A DNA stretch of 64,000 bases from Mariniblastus sp. (GTDB taxonomy: Bacteria; Planctomycetota; Planctomycetia; Pirellulales; Pirellulaceae). The stretch covers positions 2,062 through 66,061 of the forward strand of contig JAPKBL010000016.1 of assembly GCA_028823415.1 (NCBI GenBank), in the 5' to 3' direction. The position numbers and the translations under genes are program-made. Positions 29,687 to 38,887 of this stretch are shown one piece after another. Positions within the stretch are counted from its first letter, which is position 1. Every line of letters starts with the position of its first letter. The notes under the pieces are model-generated. The model had not been told where the DNA came from. It did no database searches and saw nothing but the letters and a program-made list of their open reading frames with translations.

Positions 29687-30283
29687 CTACTCCACCAGTT
29701 CAGCGCTCCAATAGGCGTCGCTAATGAACTTCGCCCAACTCTGGTAACCCGTTGTGTGCTGCGAGTAAATTGGATTCCAGTTGGGTTGCTTGGGCCTATT
29801 CAATAGTTTCAAACCTGCCTTCTCGGGAGATCGATCCGCTTTATTCTGATTGCAGGGAACGCAGGCAAGCACGCAATTCTCCCAGTTCGATTCACCTCCA
29901 TGCGACCTCGGAACCACATGATCAATAGTTAGTTCGTCACCTCTGGGTCGACGGCCACAGTACTGACAGGTCATCCTGTCTCGTTTAAAGAGGTTTCGTC
30001 GACTGAAGGCGACGGTCGTTGAGGGAAGGCGGTTAAAATCCGCCAGCGTGATTACCTCGGGAACGCGAATCCGCCGTGAAACCGTCTTCACAAACTCCTG
30101 CCCGTCATCCGCGTCCGCCCGAGCCCAATCTTCCCAGTCGTAAAGTTGATAGTCGACTGGATCGACGACTCGCGCCGCACCACTCCAAACCATCACAAGA
30201 GCACGAGCCACGGTCGCGACATTGACCGGTTGCCAACTCCGATTCAAAACCAAAGTCGGCCGCTGGAGAACCTCTGAAACCAT
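29687..30283 (-). CDS. HNH endonuclease family protein (standalone)
   Basis: The HNH/Zn motif is CQYCGRRPRGDELTIDHVVPRSHGGESNWENCVLACVPCNQNKADR. The start at 30283 (MVSEVLQRPTLVLN) is preceded by GAGGAG at an 8-nt spacing. The ORF track extends to TTG 30313. Confidence 0.8.
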   Translation of the reverse strand: MVSEVLQRPTLVLNRSWQPVNVATVARALVMVWSGAARVVDPVDYQLYDWEDWARADADDGQEFVKTVSRRIRVPEVITLADFNRLPSTTVAFSRRNLFKRDRMTCQYCGRRPRGDELTIDHVVPRSHGGESNWENCVLACVPCNQNKADRSPEKAGLKLLNRPKQPNWNPIYSQHTTGYQSWAKFISDAYWSAELVE

Positions 30284-30820
30284 TTCGTCGACTCCTCGCA
30301 TTTTTTTTATCAAGGCAGCTGGAAACCCCCATACGAAATACCATTGTCAAAAAAATGAACCGGACGTTCGAATCGAGTGAGTTAATTATGGCGAAAAAAA
30401 TAACATTTGAACACCTAAATGCCTCCCGCGTAAAACTTGATAGCCAATGGGTTGCCCAGAAACAACGCAAGTGGAACCGAACAATTACCCAAAAAGAAGG
30501 GATTTCTCGGAAATACATGCGGCATTGTCGGTGTATTATCGAACTAAACTTCTTGAAATCATATTAGGCTCGGTGAACGGCAAGGAGCTTCACCGTCGCC
30601 GCGGTAGCGAAAACACCGCGCAGGCAAGCGAGCCACTCAAGGCAATCTCAAGGATTACGCGGGAGCCGCTCTCTGTGCCTTCTCGCGTTTCTGCCGGCGC
30701 GTTATGTTAGTAAATCCTAGCGGTGTAGTGAAAACCAATCGAATCGACGGGTCGATAACTGAGTCGTATTCGCAGATCAACAGCTCCACTGGCCGCCACA
30801 AAAAAAACCGGAGCATTACA

Positions 30821-31708
30821 ATGTCAGCTACATTGCTGGATGGAAAAGGGATTTCAAAAGAAATTCAAAAAGAAACCAAAGTGAAGGTCGACCTGTTTAT
30901 TTCGGATCAAAAAAAATCGCCGGTACTTGCCGCCGTTCTGGTTGGCGACGATCCCGCCAGTCAGGTCTATGTCCGTAACAAGGAACGTGCGTGTGCGCGT
31001 GCCGGAATCGAAAGCCAGCTACACCGACTACCTGCCACCAGCACCACCAATGATATTCTCGCCAAAGTGGTTGAGCTGAACGAGGATCACCAAATCAATG
31101 GCATCTTAGTCCAGCTTCCACTGCCCGAGCACGCAGACAGTCGCGTTATTCTCGATGCAATCGATCCACTAAAAGACGTCGATGCATTCCACCCCCACAA
31201 CGTCGGCCTGATTTCACAAGGCCGACCTCGATTTCTTCCATGCACGCCTCACGGTATCGTGCAAATGCTGAAACGTTGTGGTATCGAAACGTCGGGAAAG
31301 TCGGTTTGCATTATTGGCAGGAGCGACATTGTCGGAAAACCGATGGCAATGATGCTGGGACAAAAAAATTCAAACCTCGGTCCGGAAATGGCTAACGCTA
31401 CGGTCACGCTGTGCCACAGTCGTACCCAAAATCTGGCCTCGATTACCCAGCAGGCTGATATTCTCATCGCGGCCATTGGACGCGCGAATTTTGTGACGCC
31501 AGATATGATTAAACCGGGAGCCGTCGTCGTGGATGTCGGAATCAACAGGACCGATCAAGGTTTGGTGGGGGATGTAGACTTCGATTCTGGAAAAGAGGTC
31601 GCTGGATTTATCACTCCAGTCCCCGGCGGTGTCGGACCACTCACCGTTACCATGCTACTTGAAAATACGTTAATGGCTGCGATGATTCAAAGTGGGTCGA
31701 TGGACTGA
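30821..31708 (+). CDS. folD: Bifunctional methylenetetrahydrofolate dehydrogenase/methenyl-THF cyclohydrolase
   Basis: Motifs are MSATLLDGKGISKEI, VGDDPASQVYVRNK, ILVQLPLP, GRSDIVGKPMAMML and PVPGGVGPLTVTML. The upstream 39 codons in the ORF track are not FolD-like. Confidence 0.95.
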   Translation: MSATLLDGKGISKEIQKETKVKVDLFISDQKKSPVLAAVLVGDDPASQVYVRNKERACARAGIESQLHRLPATSTTNDILAKVVELNEDHQINGILVQLPLPEHADSRVILDAIDPLKDVDAFHPHNVGLISQGRPRFLPCTPHGIVQMLKRCGIETSGKSVCIIGRSDIVGKPMAMMLGQKNSNLGPEMANATVTLCHSRTQNLASITQQADILIAAIGRANFVTPDMIKPGAVVVDVGINRTDQGLVGDVDFDSGKEVAGFITPVPGGVGPLTVTMLLENTLMAAMIQSGSMD

Positions 31709-31869
31709 AATGCACAATTGCCACTCAGGCCTCCGGATTCTCGTTTTCATTAGACCACGATTAAAGACATATTTATGACGATTAAGTACTCGAGAGACTC
31801 TCTTCAAATCGAGCTTTGCAGTTACCAAGCCAGTCTTTGTTTTTGCCACCAGCGGCTGGAGAATTAATA

Positions 31870-34695
31870 ATGATCACCATCTCAACGAATCTCTGGCTTC
31901 GGCCGCTTGCAATCTCGTTTCTTGCTTTTTCATTTCTGCTAATCAGCGGTTGCAGCGGTTGCTTGGATGCCGAAAAAACAATCGCCCAAAAAGAAGCCGA
32001 GAAAAAGAAAAAAGCTGAAAAACCCAAAGAACCCTTTGAGTCCAACAACCCCGTCCTGCTACCCGGCCGATACCCCATTCCGCTCGACAAATTAAAAGAA
32101 TCACGTAAACAAAAGCGAGACGAAACTGAGGACCCACTCACGAGCCCGCTTAGCAATATGAATGTTGCTGGAACTCGTTTCAATCGAATTAAATCGGGAC
32201 ATTGGTACACCGCTAATTTTCAATCGGTAGCCAACAACAATAACTTCGAAGGCAATCTCGAAGCCTCTGGCGTCAACCTCGACGGCAAACCGATCAATAT
32301 CCCCGGAACCAACTATTTCTTAACCACTAGCCGCCCTGTGTCGATGCCCAAGGGAGAATTGAAAAATTTCGAGACGAGTGTTTACATTCCCATTCGTGAT
32401 CGTGCGAAAACGGCAAACGTAAAATACACGCTAAGCCGTCCTTCCAGTAGCATTGCTCCGGCTATTCAAAAAAACCAACCAGTTAAATTGATGGGCGGGT
32501 TTCAATATCACGTTGTCCTGCTCAGTAGTCGTCCCGACGCTTACTCATTCCTCAATCTATCCGACGCTATTCAGCTACCGGGGCAAAGCCTAGATGGCGC
32601 CAGCCTTGAACCGTTTTATTTTGTCGTACCCTCCGTCAATGGTTACCCTTCGCCACTCCCCAGGCACTCGCTGAACTGGACGACAATTGCCTATCTAATT
32701 TGGGACGATTTAGACCCTAATGAAATGGCTCAAGAACACCAGGAAGCAATTTTGGACTGGATTCATTTTGGGGGACAACTCATCCTCAGCGGCCCCGATT
32801 GCCTCGGCAAACTCCAAACCAGCTTTCTAGCGGATTATCTCCCAGCAACATTTGAAGGCACCGAAAATATTACCAACGCAGATATTGCAGAACTAAATCA
32901 AAACTGGTCACTGCCGCCGAAAAAAAACAAAGGAGATGTTCGCAACCTTGTGATCTCCAATCAATCTCCGCTCTTGGGAGTTGCGCTCACTCCCCATCCG
33001 AGCGCCGATTTTATCACTGGCTCGGGAGAGATGGCCATTGAAAGAAAAATTGGTCGCGGTCGGATTGTACTCACCTCTTTTTCTCTCAACGATAAACTGG
33101 TCCGTAGCTGGGGTAGTTTCGCGAGTTTCGTCAACGGGGCGTTATTACGACTGCCAGCACGACGCTTTGCCCCCAATCAAGCGAGCACGATTACATTCAA
33201 CTGGATCGATCACGGAACAACCGCCTATGACCCAATGATCCGAAGTACGCTTCGCTATCTTTCACGAGATCTTGCGACAACCGGCACAAGCGAATTGCCC
33301 AGCTCCGATCCAAGCGAGGTCACTGCCGAAAACGACGGAAGCCCCGCTCCGAACTTTATGCTGCGGCCCGAAGACACATTAGACAAGCTCGCCACCAGAA
33401 AACTCGAAGACAATTGGCATTTTGGCGGTTATCAGGATTTAAGTTATTCCGGCGTCGCTGGATGGAATGACTACGGAGCGATCTCTATCGCAGCTCGGGA
33501 AACGCTGAAGCAAACCGCCGGAATTTCGCCTCCATCTTCCGGCTTCGTCTTGAAGATGCTGGCTGTTTACCTCTTTGTCTTGGTCCCATTGAACTGGCTG
33601 TTTTTCCGGATCATTGGAAAAATAGAATACGCCTGGGTGGCTGTCCCGATCATCGCGCTGGTCGGTGCGTTTGCAGTGGTAAAGCTTGCGTCTTTGGACA
33701 TCGGTTTTGTCAGAAGCAATACGCAAGTCAGTCTGCTTGAAATCCATGCCGACTACCCTCGGGCACACATGGCTGAATATTCCGCACTCTACACCTCACT
33801 TTCTACCCGATACACCGCCAAGCTCGACAATCGCTCCGCCCAATCGCTTCCGTTTTCTATCTCGGACAATAGTAATCAGAAATTTCAATATAGCGAAACA
33901 CCGGGCAAAGTTAATTTACGTCGCACCGTCGAAAATGAACTCAACGGATTTCAAATCCAATCGAATTCCACGGGTTTATTGCATACCGAAGCCATGATCA
34001 ATCTCGGCGGCGTTATTTCTTTTTCGAATAATCTCGAAACGGGTCCACCAACCCTCTCCAACTCGACAGCGCTGACCATTGAAAAAGCGGCTATCATCGG
34101 TCGCAACAAGGATGGAAAACTTGAGTTCGCGCCAGTCGAGTTAATTGAGACTGGGGAGAAAATTAATTTGCAATTTCAACCCTGCGAAACACTCGATTCA
34201 GTCTGGCCACCTGATTCAGACTTTACCAATTGGCGTGCTACGGCTGAGACAATATGGGAGTTCAACCTAGGAAACATCGCGATCGCACCTATTGATTCTG
34301 TTACTGAATTCCCTCAGATCCAAAAAAACAGGGGCACCATTCGGCGGTTGCTTTTAGCAACCAACGAGGGGGATTCCGACGGCATGTGCTCGAAGGAAAA
34401 TTTCGTGATGGAATACGTGAGATTAAATTCCAAGGGGCTATCCAAAGTCACGCTCGGTTTATTAAGAGATACTATTCTTAAAAATCTAGCTTTAGACAAA
34501 AATGAGTATCGCCTAATTGGGATTAGCCAAGATCATCCCGGAAATACTATTTTCAACCCTGCCGCGACGCAAATCGTCACTCGCTCATTAGTGGTTGTCC
34601 ATCTCCAACGTGGAGAATTGCCAACCGCCAAACGGGATTCCAACTCCATTTTAGATTTTAAAAGCGTCTCCAATCTTGACCAGATACCTTTTTAA
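31870..34695 (+). CDS. Large lipoprotein/membrane protein of unknown function, possibly a GldG/ABC-auxiliary-like domain followed by two TM helices
   Basis: It has a lipobox (FLLISGC) after a hydrophobic leader. The segment IAYLIWDDLDPNEMAQEHQEAILDWIHFGGQLILSGPD resembles GldG/DUF4350-type auxiliary domains. Two central TM helices are VLKMLAVYLFVLVPLNWLFFRII and YAWVAVPIIALVGAFAVVKLASL. The stop lies 21 nt before the ABC ATPase gene. Confidence 0.6.
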   Translation: MITISTNLWLRPLAISFLAFSFLLISGCSGCLDAEKTIAQKEAEKKKKAEKPKEPFESNNPVLLPGRYPIPLDKLKESRKQKRDETEDPLTSPLSNMNVAGTRFNRIKSGHWYTANFQSVANNNNFEGNLEASGVNLDGKPINIPGTNYFLTTSRPVSMPKGELKNFETSVYIPIRDRAKTANVKYTLSRPSSSIAPAIQKNQPVKLMGGFQYHVVLLSSRPDAYSFLNLSDAIQLPGQSLDGASLEPFYFVVPSVNGYPSPLPRHSLNWTTIAYLIWDDLDPNEMAQEHQEAILDWIHFGGQLILSGPDCLGKLQTSFLADYLPATFEGTENITNADIAELNQNWSLPPKKNKGDVRNLVISNQSPLLGVALTPHPSADFITGSGEMAIERKIGRGRIVLTSFSLNDKLVRSWGSFASFVNGALLRLPARRFAPNQASTITFNWIDHGTTAYDPMIRSTLRYLSRDLATTGTSELPSSDPSEVTAENDGSPAPNFMLRPEDTLDKLATRKLEDNWHFGGYQDLSYSGVAGWNDYGAISIAARETLKQTAGISPPSSGFVLKMLAVYLFVLVPLNWLFFRIIGKIEYAWVAVPIIALVGAFAVVKLASLDIGFVRSNTQVSLLEIHADYPRAHMAEYSALYTSLSTRYTAKLDNRSAQSLPFSISDNSNQKFQYSETPGKVNLRRTVENELNGFQIQSNSTGLLHTEAMINLGGVISFSNNLETGPPTLSNSTALTIEKAAIIGRNKDGKLEFAPVELIETGEKINLQFQPCETLDSVWPPDSDFTNWRATAETIWEFNLGNIAIAPIDSVTEFPQIQKNRGTIRRLLLATNEGDSDGMCSKENFVMEYVRLNSKGLSKVTLGLLRDTILKNLALDKNEYRLIGISQDHPGNTIFNPAATQIVTRSLVVVHLQRGELPTAKRDSNSILDFKSVSNLDQIPF

Positions 34696-34716
34696 AACTG
34701 CGAACAGAAAAAAACC

Positions 34717-35643
34717 ATGATTGAATTACGTGGATTTGGCAAAGACTACGGTGAATTTACCGCTGTTGACTCACTCGATTTGACAATCGCTGAAGGTGAA
34801 ATGTTTGGCTTTATTGGGCCTAATGGTGCCGGTAAAAGCACGAGTATCCGTTTCCTGGCGACGCTCCTTCGCGCCACCAGAGGCGATGGCTCCATCAATG
34901 GCTACAGTGTGTCACAAGACCCAATGAATGTGCGGCGAAGTGTCGGTTACATGCCCGATGCATTTGGCGTCTACGACGGGATGAAGGTCTGGGAATTTCT
35001 CGATTTCTTCGCTGTCGCATACAAGATTGGCCGCACGCAAAGAAAACGGGTGATCAAGGATGTGCTCGATCTTCTCGATCTCACCTACAAACGTGATGAC
35101 TTCGTCAATGGTCTCTCGCGCGGCATGAAACAACGACTGTGTCTTGCCAAGACTCTAGTTCACGACCCTCCCGTTTTGATCCTCGATGAGCCGGCCAGTG
35201 GACTCGATCCACGCGCTCGAATTGAAGTCAAAGCGCTCTTAAAAGAACTTCGAAGAATGGGAAAAACAATCCTTATCTCCAGTCACATTCTTACCGAGTT
35301 GGCTGACTGTTGCACTTCCATCGGAATTATCGAAAGAGGGAAATTATTAATGCACGGGCCGATCGATGAAGTCTATCAACGGATTCGTGGAAACCAAGTT
35401 GTCGAAGCAAGATTCGGGAAAAATCTAGAAACCGGATTGTCCATCGTCCGTAGCAATCCTGAGGTGCGGGATATTCAAGTCGATGGGTCCAAATTGATCA
35501 TTGAATTTACAAGTGCAGACCACAATCCCGCGAAATTGCTTAAGGCACTTATTGAACATGATGTAGAAGTTATTAACTTCGGTCAAAAAGATCCTAACCT
35601 CGAAGACGTCTTTATGATGGTCACCAAAGGACTGGTTTCCTAA
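34717..35643 (+). CDS. ABC transporter ATP-binding protein (ABC-2 / DUF4162-tail type)
   Basis: It has Walker A GPNGAGKST, the signature LSRGMKQR, Walker B LILDEPASGLD and an H-loop SSHIL, plus a C-terminal extension of about 90 aa typical of ABC-2 ATPases. Confidence 0.9.
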   Translation: MIELRGFGKDYGEFTAVDSLDLTIAEGEMFGFIGPNGAGKSTSIRFLATLLRATRGDGSINGYSVSQDPMNVRRSVGYMPDAFGVYDGMKVWEFLDFFAVAYKIGRTQRKRVIKDVLDLLDLTYKRDDFVNGLSRGMKQRLCLAKTLVHDPPVLILDEPASGLDPRARIEVKALLKELRRMGKTILISSHILTELADCCTSIGIIERGKLLMHGPIDEVYQRIRGNQVVEARFGKNLETGLSIVRSNPEVRDIQVDGSKLIIEFTSADHNPAKLLKALIEHDVEVINFGQKDPNLEDVFMMVTKGLVS

Positions 35644-35697
35644 CGTAACGTAACGCGATCCGGCTGATTCCGATGATACGAGACGACCAAAACTGGT

Positions 35698-36252
35698 CTA
35701 ATCCAATAAGATTGAACTCGAGCCGGAACCTCCTCCACCGCCTGACTCCCATTGTCGACGAACTTCGCGTAGTCCATAACAACATAAATCGTACCGATCA
35801 CTCAGGCGCTCGAGTAACGTGGACGGCGGTGACTCGTTAATCGGCGCTTCGATTTCACTGGCAATTCGATAAGACCGTTTTCCAAAGGCGCAATAGGTCT
35901 CGAATCGACCAGACGAATCCGAATCGCCATCTCTTAAAGCCTCGGGGTAGAGCCCCGCCCAAAACAACGTAAAGTCGCCAATATGTAAATGCACCTCTCG
36001 CCTCGCATAGCCTAAACGCTCGGATGCCTCGGCCACCATTTCATGAACGGTCATAATCGGTCGACCTGTGACACTACGTATCCGATGAATCATATCGCTG
36101 CGAGTAGATCGAATCAGAAGCTCGGTGAGGTAGTCAATCAACAACGGATCAACGACACCGAGCTGCGAATGAAATGTATGTTCGGCAAGCCCGGCAAAAT
36201 ATCGCTGAATTGCCGACCTTGGCTCGGGTGATTTCTCTGACTGCTCTGGCAT
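35698..36252 (-). CDS. Hypothetical protein
   Basis: A 184-aa ORF with ordinary amino-acid composition and a Gly/Ser-rich C-terminus (ESGGGGGSGSSS). I recognise no family. Confidence 0.45.
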   Translation of the reverse strand: MPEQSEKSPEPRSAIQRYFAGLAEHTFHSQLGVVDPLLIDYLTELLIRSTRSDMIHRIRSVTGRPIMTVHEMVAEASERLGYARREVHLHIGDFTLFWAGLYPEALRDGDSDSSGRFETYCAFGKRSYRIASEIEAPINESPPSTLLERLSDRYDLCCYGLREVRRQWESGGGGGSGSSSILLD

Positions 36253-36510
36253 AATGAACCTCCGTTCAAATCGATAAATCGAATCAATCGCCTAAACAAC
36301 TTTAGTACCAGAGCGGACCAAGGGTCAAGACATTTTATGCAAGCACTCCAAGGAAAAAATAACAACCGTTATCCAAGTTGGCCGTAGCGAACGTAAGGAT
36401 TAATCAGCAATTCACCCCCCAAAACCAGCGTCCTTCTTCACTCTCGTTGCAGGACACTTTTTTTCTTGGAGAACGAATAATTCAATCGTCGAGAAGCCCT
36501 AATCAAGTGA

Positions 36511-37320
36511 TCAGGCATTAATTGCCGTCAACATACCCTGAGAAAATTCTCCTACGTCGTTCAGGACATCCTCATTTTCAGCTTGTTCGTTGGTCGCCGC
36601 CGCAATCCGGCGCACGATAGCCGATCCAACAATCAACCCGTCTGCGACCGATTTCAATGCTTCGACATGCTCCAGTTTACTGATCCCAAACCCAACACAG
36701 ATTGGCAGATCTGTGACCGACCTCAACCACTTCAAATTATCTGCGAGGTCGGGGGGCAACTCTGTGCGTTCGCCAGTGATTCCCGTAACCGATACATAAT
36801 AGATAAAACCTGTCGTCTGTTCTGCGATTTGCACAGCCCGTTCACGCGGCGTGGTCGGAGTGATTAATTGAATGAGACTGAAGTCGAGCAACTTGCATTT
36901 AGCCGCTAACTCATCGGACTCGTCGACTGGCATGTCAGGCACAATGGCGCCCGAAATCCCGGCAGCAATCGCTTGGCGAAGATATTCGTCGATTCCCATT
37001 CGATAGATGATCGCGTAACTGACCATCGTGACGATCGGCATTGAAATCTCAGCCGTCACTTCACACGCCATCGAAAAAATGCCACTGAGTTTGGTGCCAC
37101 CATTGAGCGAGCGGGTGTACGAAGCTTGAATCACCGGGCCATCGGCAATTGGATCACTGTAAGGAATACCCAACTCGGCAAGATGGCACCCTTCGGCATC
37201 CAATCTCTTTAGCATTGCCGCGGTAAATTCCAAACTAGGATCACCGGCAGTCACGAACGGCATAAATGCTTTTTTACCTTCGGATTTTAACCGCATAAAA
37301 AGTTTGTCGATCGCCGACAT
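36511..37320 (-). CDS. trpA: Tryptophan synthase alpha chain
   Basis: Motifs are FMPFVTAGDP, ELGIPYSDPIADGPVIQ and VGFGIS. It lies 65 nt downstream of trpB. Confidence 0.95.
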   Translation of the reverse strand: MSAIDKLFMRLKSEGKKAFMPFVTAGDPSLEFTAAMLKRLDAEGCHLAELGIPYSDPIADGPVIQASYTRSLNGGTKLSGIFSMACEVTAEISMPIVTMVSYAIIYRMGIDEYLRQAIAAGISGAIVPDMPVDESDELAAKCKLLDFSLIQLITPTTPRERAVQIAEQTTGFIYYVSVTGITGERTELPPDLADNLKWLRSVTDLPICVGFGISKLEHVEALKSVADGLIVGSAIVRRIAAATNEQAENEDVLNDVGEFSQGMLTAINA

Positions 37321-37385
37321 AGATGGTTCCTGTGTTGTGCTGAAACGTTGAAGTTGTGAAAAGACTTAATCCAATTGTCGTGTTG

Positions 37386-38624
37386 TCAATTCGGTCGAGT
37401 CGCCGCTTCATTTTTTAAGCGTTGGATTTCGCCGGCGTCCTTATCGCCTCGCCCCGAAAGGCAAATCACAACTATCTCATCTTTTCCGCGCTCTTTCGCA
37501 ACCTCCATCCCCTTGGCAAGAGCATGGGAAGTTTCCAGGGCAGGTAAAATCCCTTCGTTGCGGGCAACTAAATCAAAAGCCGCGAGTGCTTCATTATCTC
37601 GGCAACTGCGGTACTCAACGCGACCGGTCGATTTCCAGTGACTGTGTTCAGGGCCAACCCCCGGATAATCCAGCCCAGCCGAAGCAGAGTGAACATCGTC
37701 CGTCTGCCCGTCCTCATCCTGCAAAACGTAACTGAAACTTCCGTGTAAAATGCCGGGCTTGCCAAACGTCAAACTAGAGGCGTGCCGACCAGGCTGATCG
37801 CTTTCTCCTCCTGCTTCAACGCCGACCAAGGGAACATCCGTCTCAGCAACAAATGGATAAAACATGCCCGCCGCATTACTGCCTCCGCCAACGCAGGCCA
37901 CCACCGCATCCGGCAATCGACCGAACCGCGCTTGCGATTGACGAATCGTTTCCCGACCAATCACCGCCTGATAGTCCCGCACGATTAAAGGGAATGGATG
38001 GGGACCGACAACCGATCCCAAAATGTAATGCGTCTCCTCGACAGAGCTCATCCAATCCCGCATCGCCTGATTCACCGCGTCACGAAGCGTCCGCGATCCG
38101 GAAGTCACCGGACAGATCTCGGCGCCCAGCATTTTCATGCTCTGAACGTTGGGTTGTTGTCGGCGGATATCCTCTTCCCCCATGTATATGACACAGGGAA
38201 GTCCAAAGTGTGCACAGGCCGTTGCCGTCGCGACACCATGCTGACCAGCACCAGTCTCCGCAATGACCCGCTTTTTGCCCATTCGAATCGTCAGCAATGC
38301 CTGCCCTAAGGTACTGTTGATCTTGTGAGCGCCCGTGTGATTCAAATCCTCACGCTTCAACCAAATTTGCGCACCACCGCAATGCTCGGTCAACCGCTTG
38401 GCAAAGTAGAGCGGGGAAGGGCGACCGACAAAATCACGTAGCAAGATATCCAGTTCGGCCTGAAACGCCGGGTCTTTTCGGGATTGAAAGTACTCCGTTT
38501 CCAACTGATCCAAAGCTGCGATCAGCGTCTCGGGAACAAATCGCCCGCCGAATTCTCCGAAACGCCCTTTCTCATCGGGCAGACTCGCATCGGGACTCGG
38601 CTGCGGTAAAAAATGACTGCTCAT
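37386..38624 (-). CDS. trpB: Tryptophan synthase beta chain
   Basis: Motifs are [11 protein letters not shown] (PLP lysine), [12 protein letters not shown] and [10 protein letters not shown]. Confidence 0.95.
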   Translation of the reverse strand: MSSHFLPQPSPDASLPDEKGRFGEFGGRFVPETLIAALDQLETEYFQSRKDPAFQAELDILLRDFVGRPSPLYFAKRLTEHCGGAQIWLKREDLNHTGAHKINSTLGQALLTIRMGKKRVIAETGAGQHGVATATACAHFGLPCVIYMGEEDIRRQQPNVQSMKMLGAEICPVTSGSRTLRDAVNQAMRDWMSSVEETHYILGSVVGPHPFPLIVRDYQAVIGRETIRQSQARFGRLPDAVVACVGGGSNAAGMFYPFVAETDVPLVGVEAGGESDQPGRHASSLTFGKPGILHGSFSYVLQDEDGQTDDVHSASAGLDYPGVGPEHSHWKSTGRVEYRSCRDNEALAAFDLVARNEGILPALETSHALAKGMEVAKERGKDEIVVICLSGRGDKDAGEIQRLKNEAATRPN

Positions 38625-38649
38625 GAATGATCGTGTCGTTCAAAATAAG

Positions 38650-38677
38650 AAAAAAAGTTGGATGCTGAAAACATCCA
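38650..38677 (-). terminator. Hairpin plus U7 tract in the trpB 5' leader (terminator- or attenuator-like)
   Basis: The minus-strand RNA reads UGGAUG-uuuucag-CAUCCA-ac-UUUUUUU and ends about 25 nt upstream of the trpB ATG. The stem is only 6 bp. Confidence 0.3.
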
Positions 38678-38887
38678 GTTGTCAGATTGTTTGGTTCAAT
38701 CTCTTGATTGTAACCGGTTATCGTTTCTCGTCATAACCTTTGTCGCTATAAAGGAGCAGGGTTAAAAAATGCAGCAAAGCTAATTCCTAATTACCCCAAA
38801 ACCCTCACGACCAGAATTCTGCCAGCTAATTACACCGGCAAAATACGAATACAGCCAATTTCTCCGACACTCGAGAGTCTACTGCAA

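Noticed and set aside
30700-30820. A ZTP (pfl) or THF riboswitch in front of folD
   Set aside because: folD is a classic ZTP-riboswitch target, and gggtcg and ggccgcc strings occur here. However, the conserved ACUGGCG-type 5' element and the CCGCCUGGGC 3' element are not present. I did not recognise a THF-I or THF-II riboswitch there either, though I do not hold those consensus motifs precisely enough to exclude them by eye.
31782-32210. A 142-aa minus-strand ORF overlapping the start of the large lipoprotein gene
   Set aside because: It is antisense to a region encoding a clear lipoprotein signal and a Lys/Glu-rich linker, and it has no independent support.
38700-38760. A classical Trp leader peptide upstream of trpB
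   Set aside because: The only short ORF in the leader (MTRNDNRLQSRD) contains no Trp codons.
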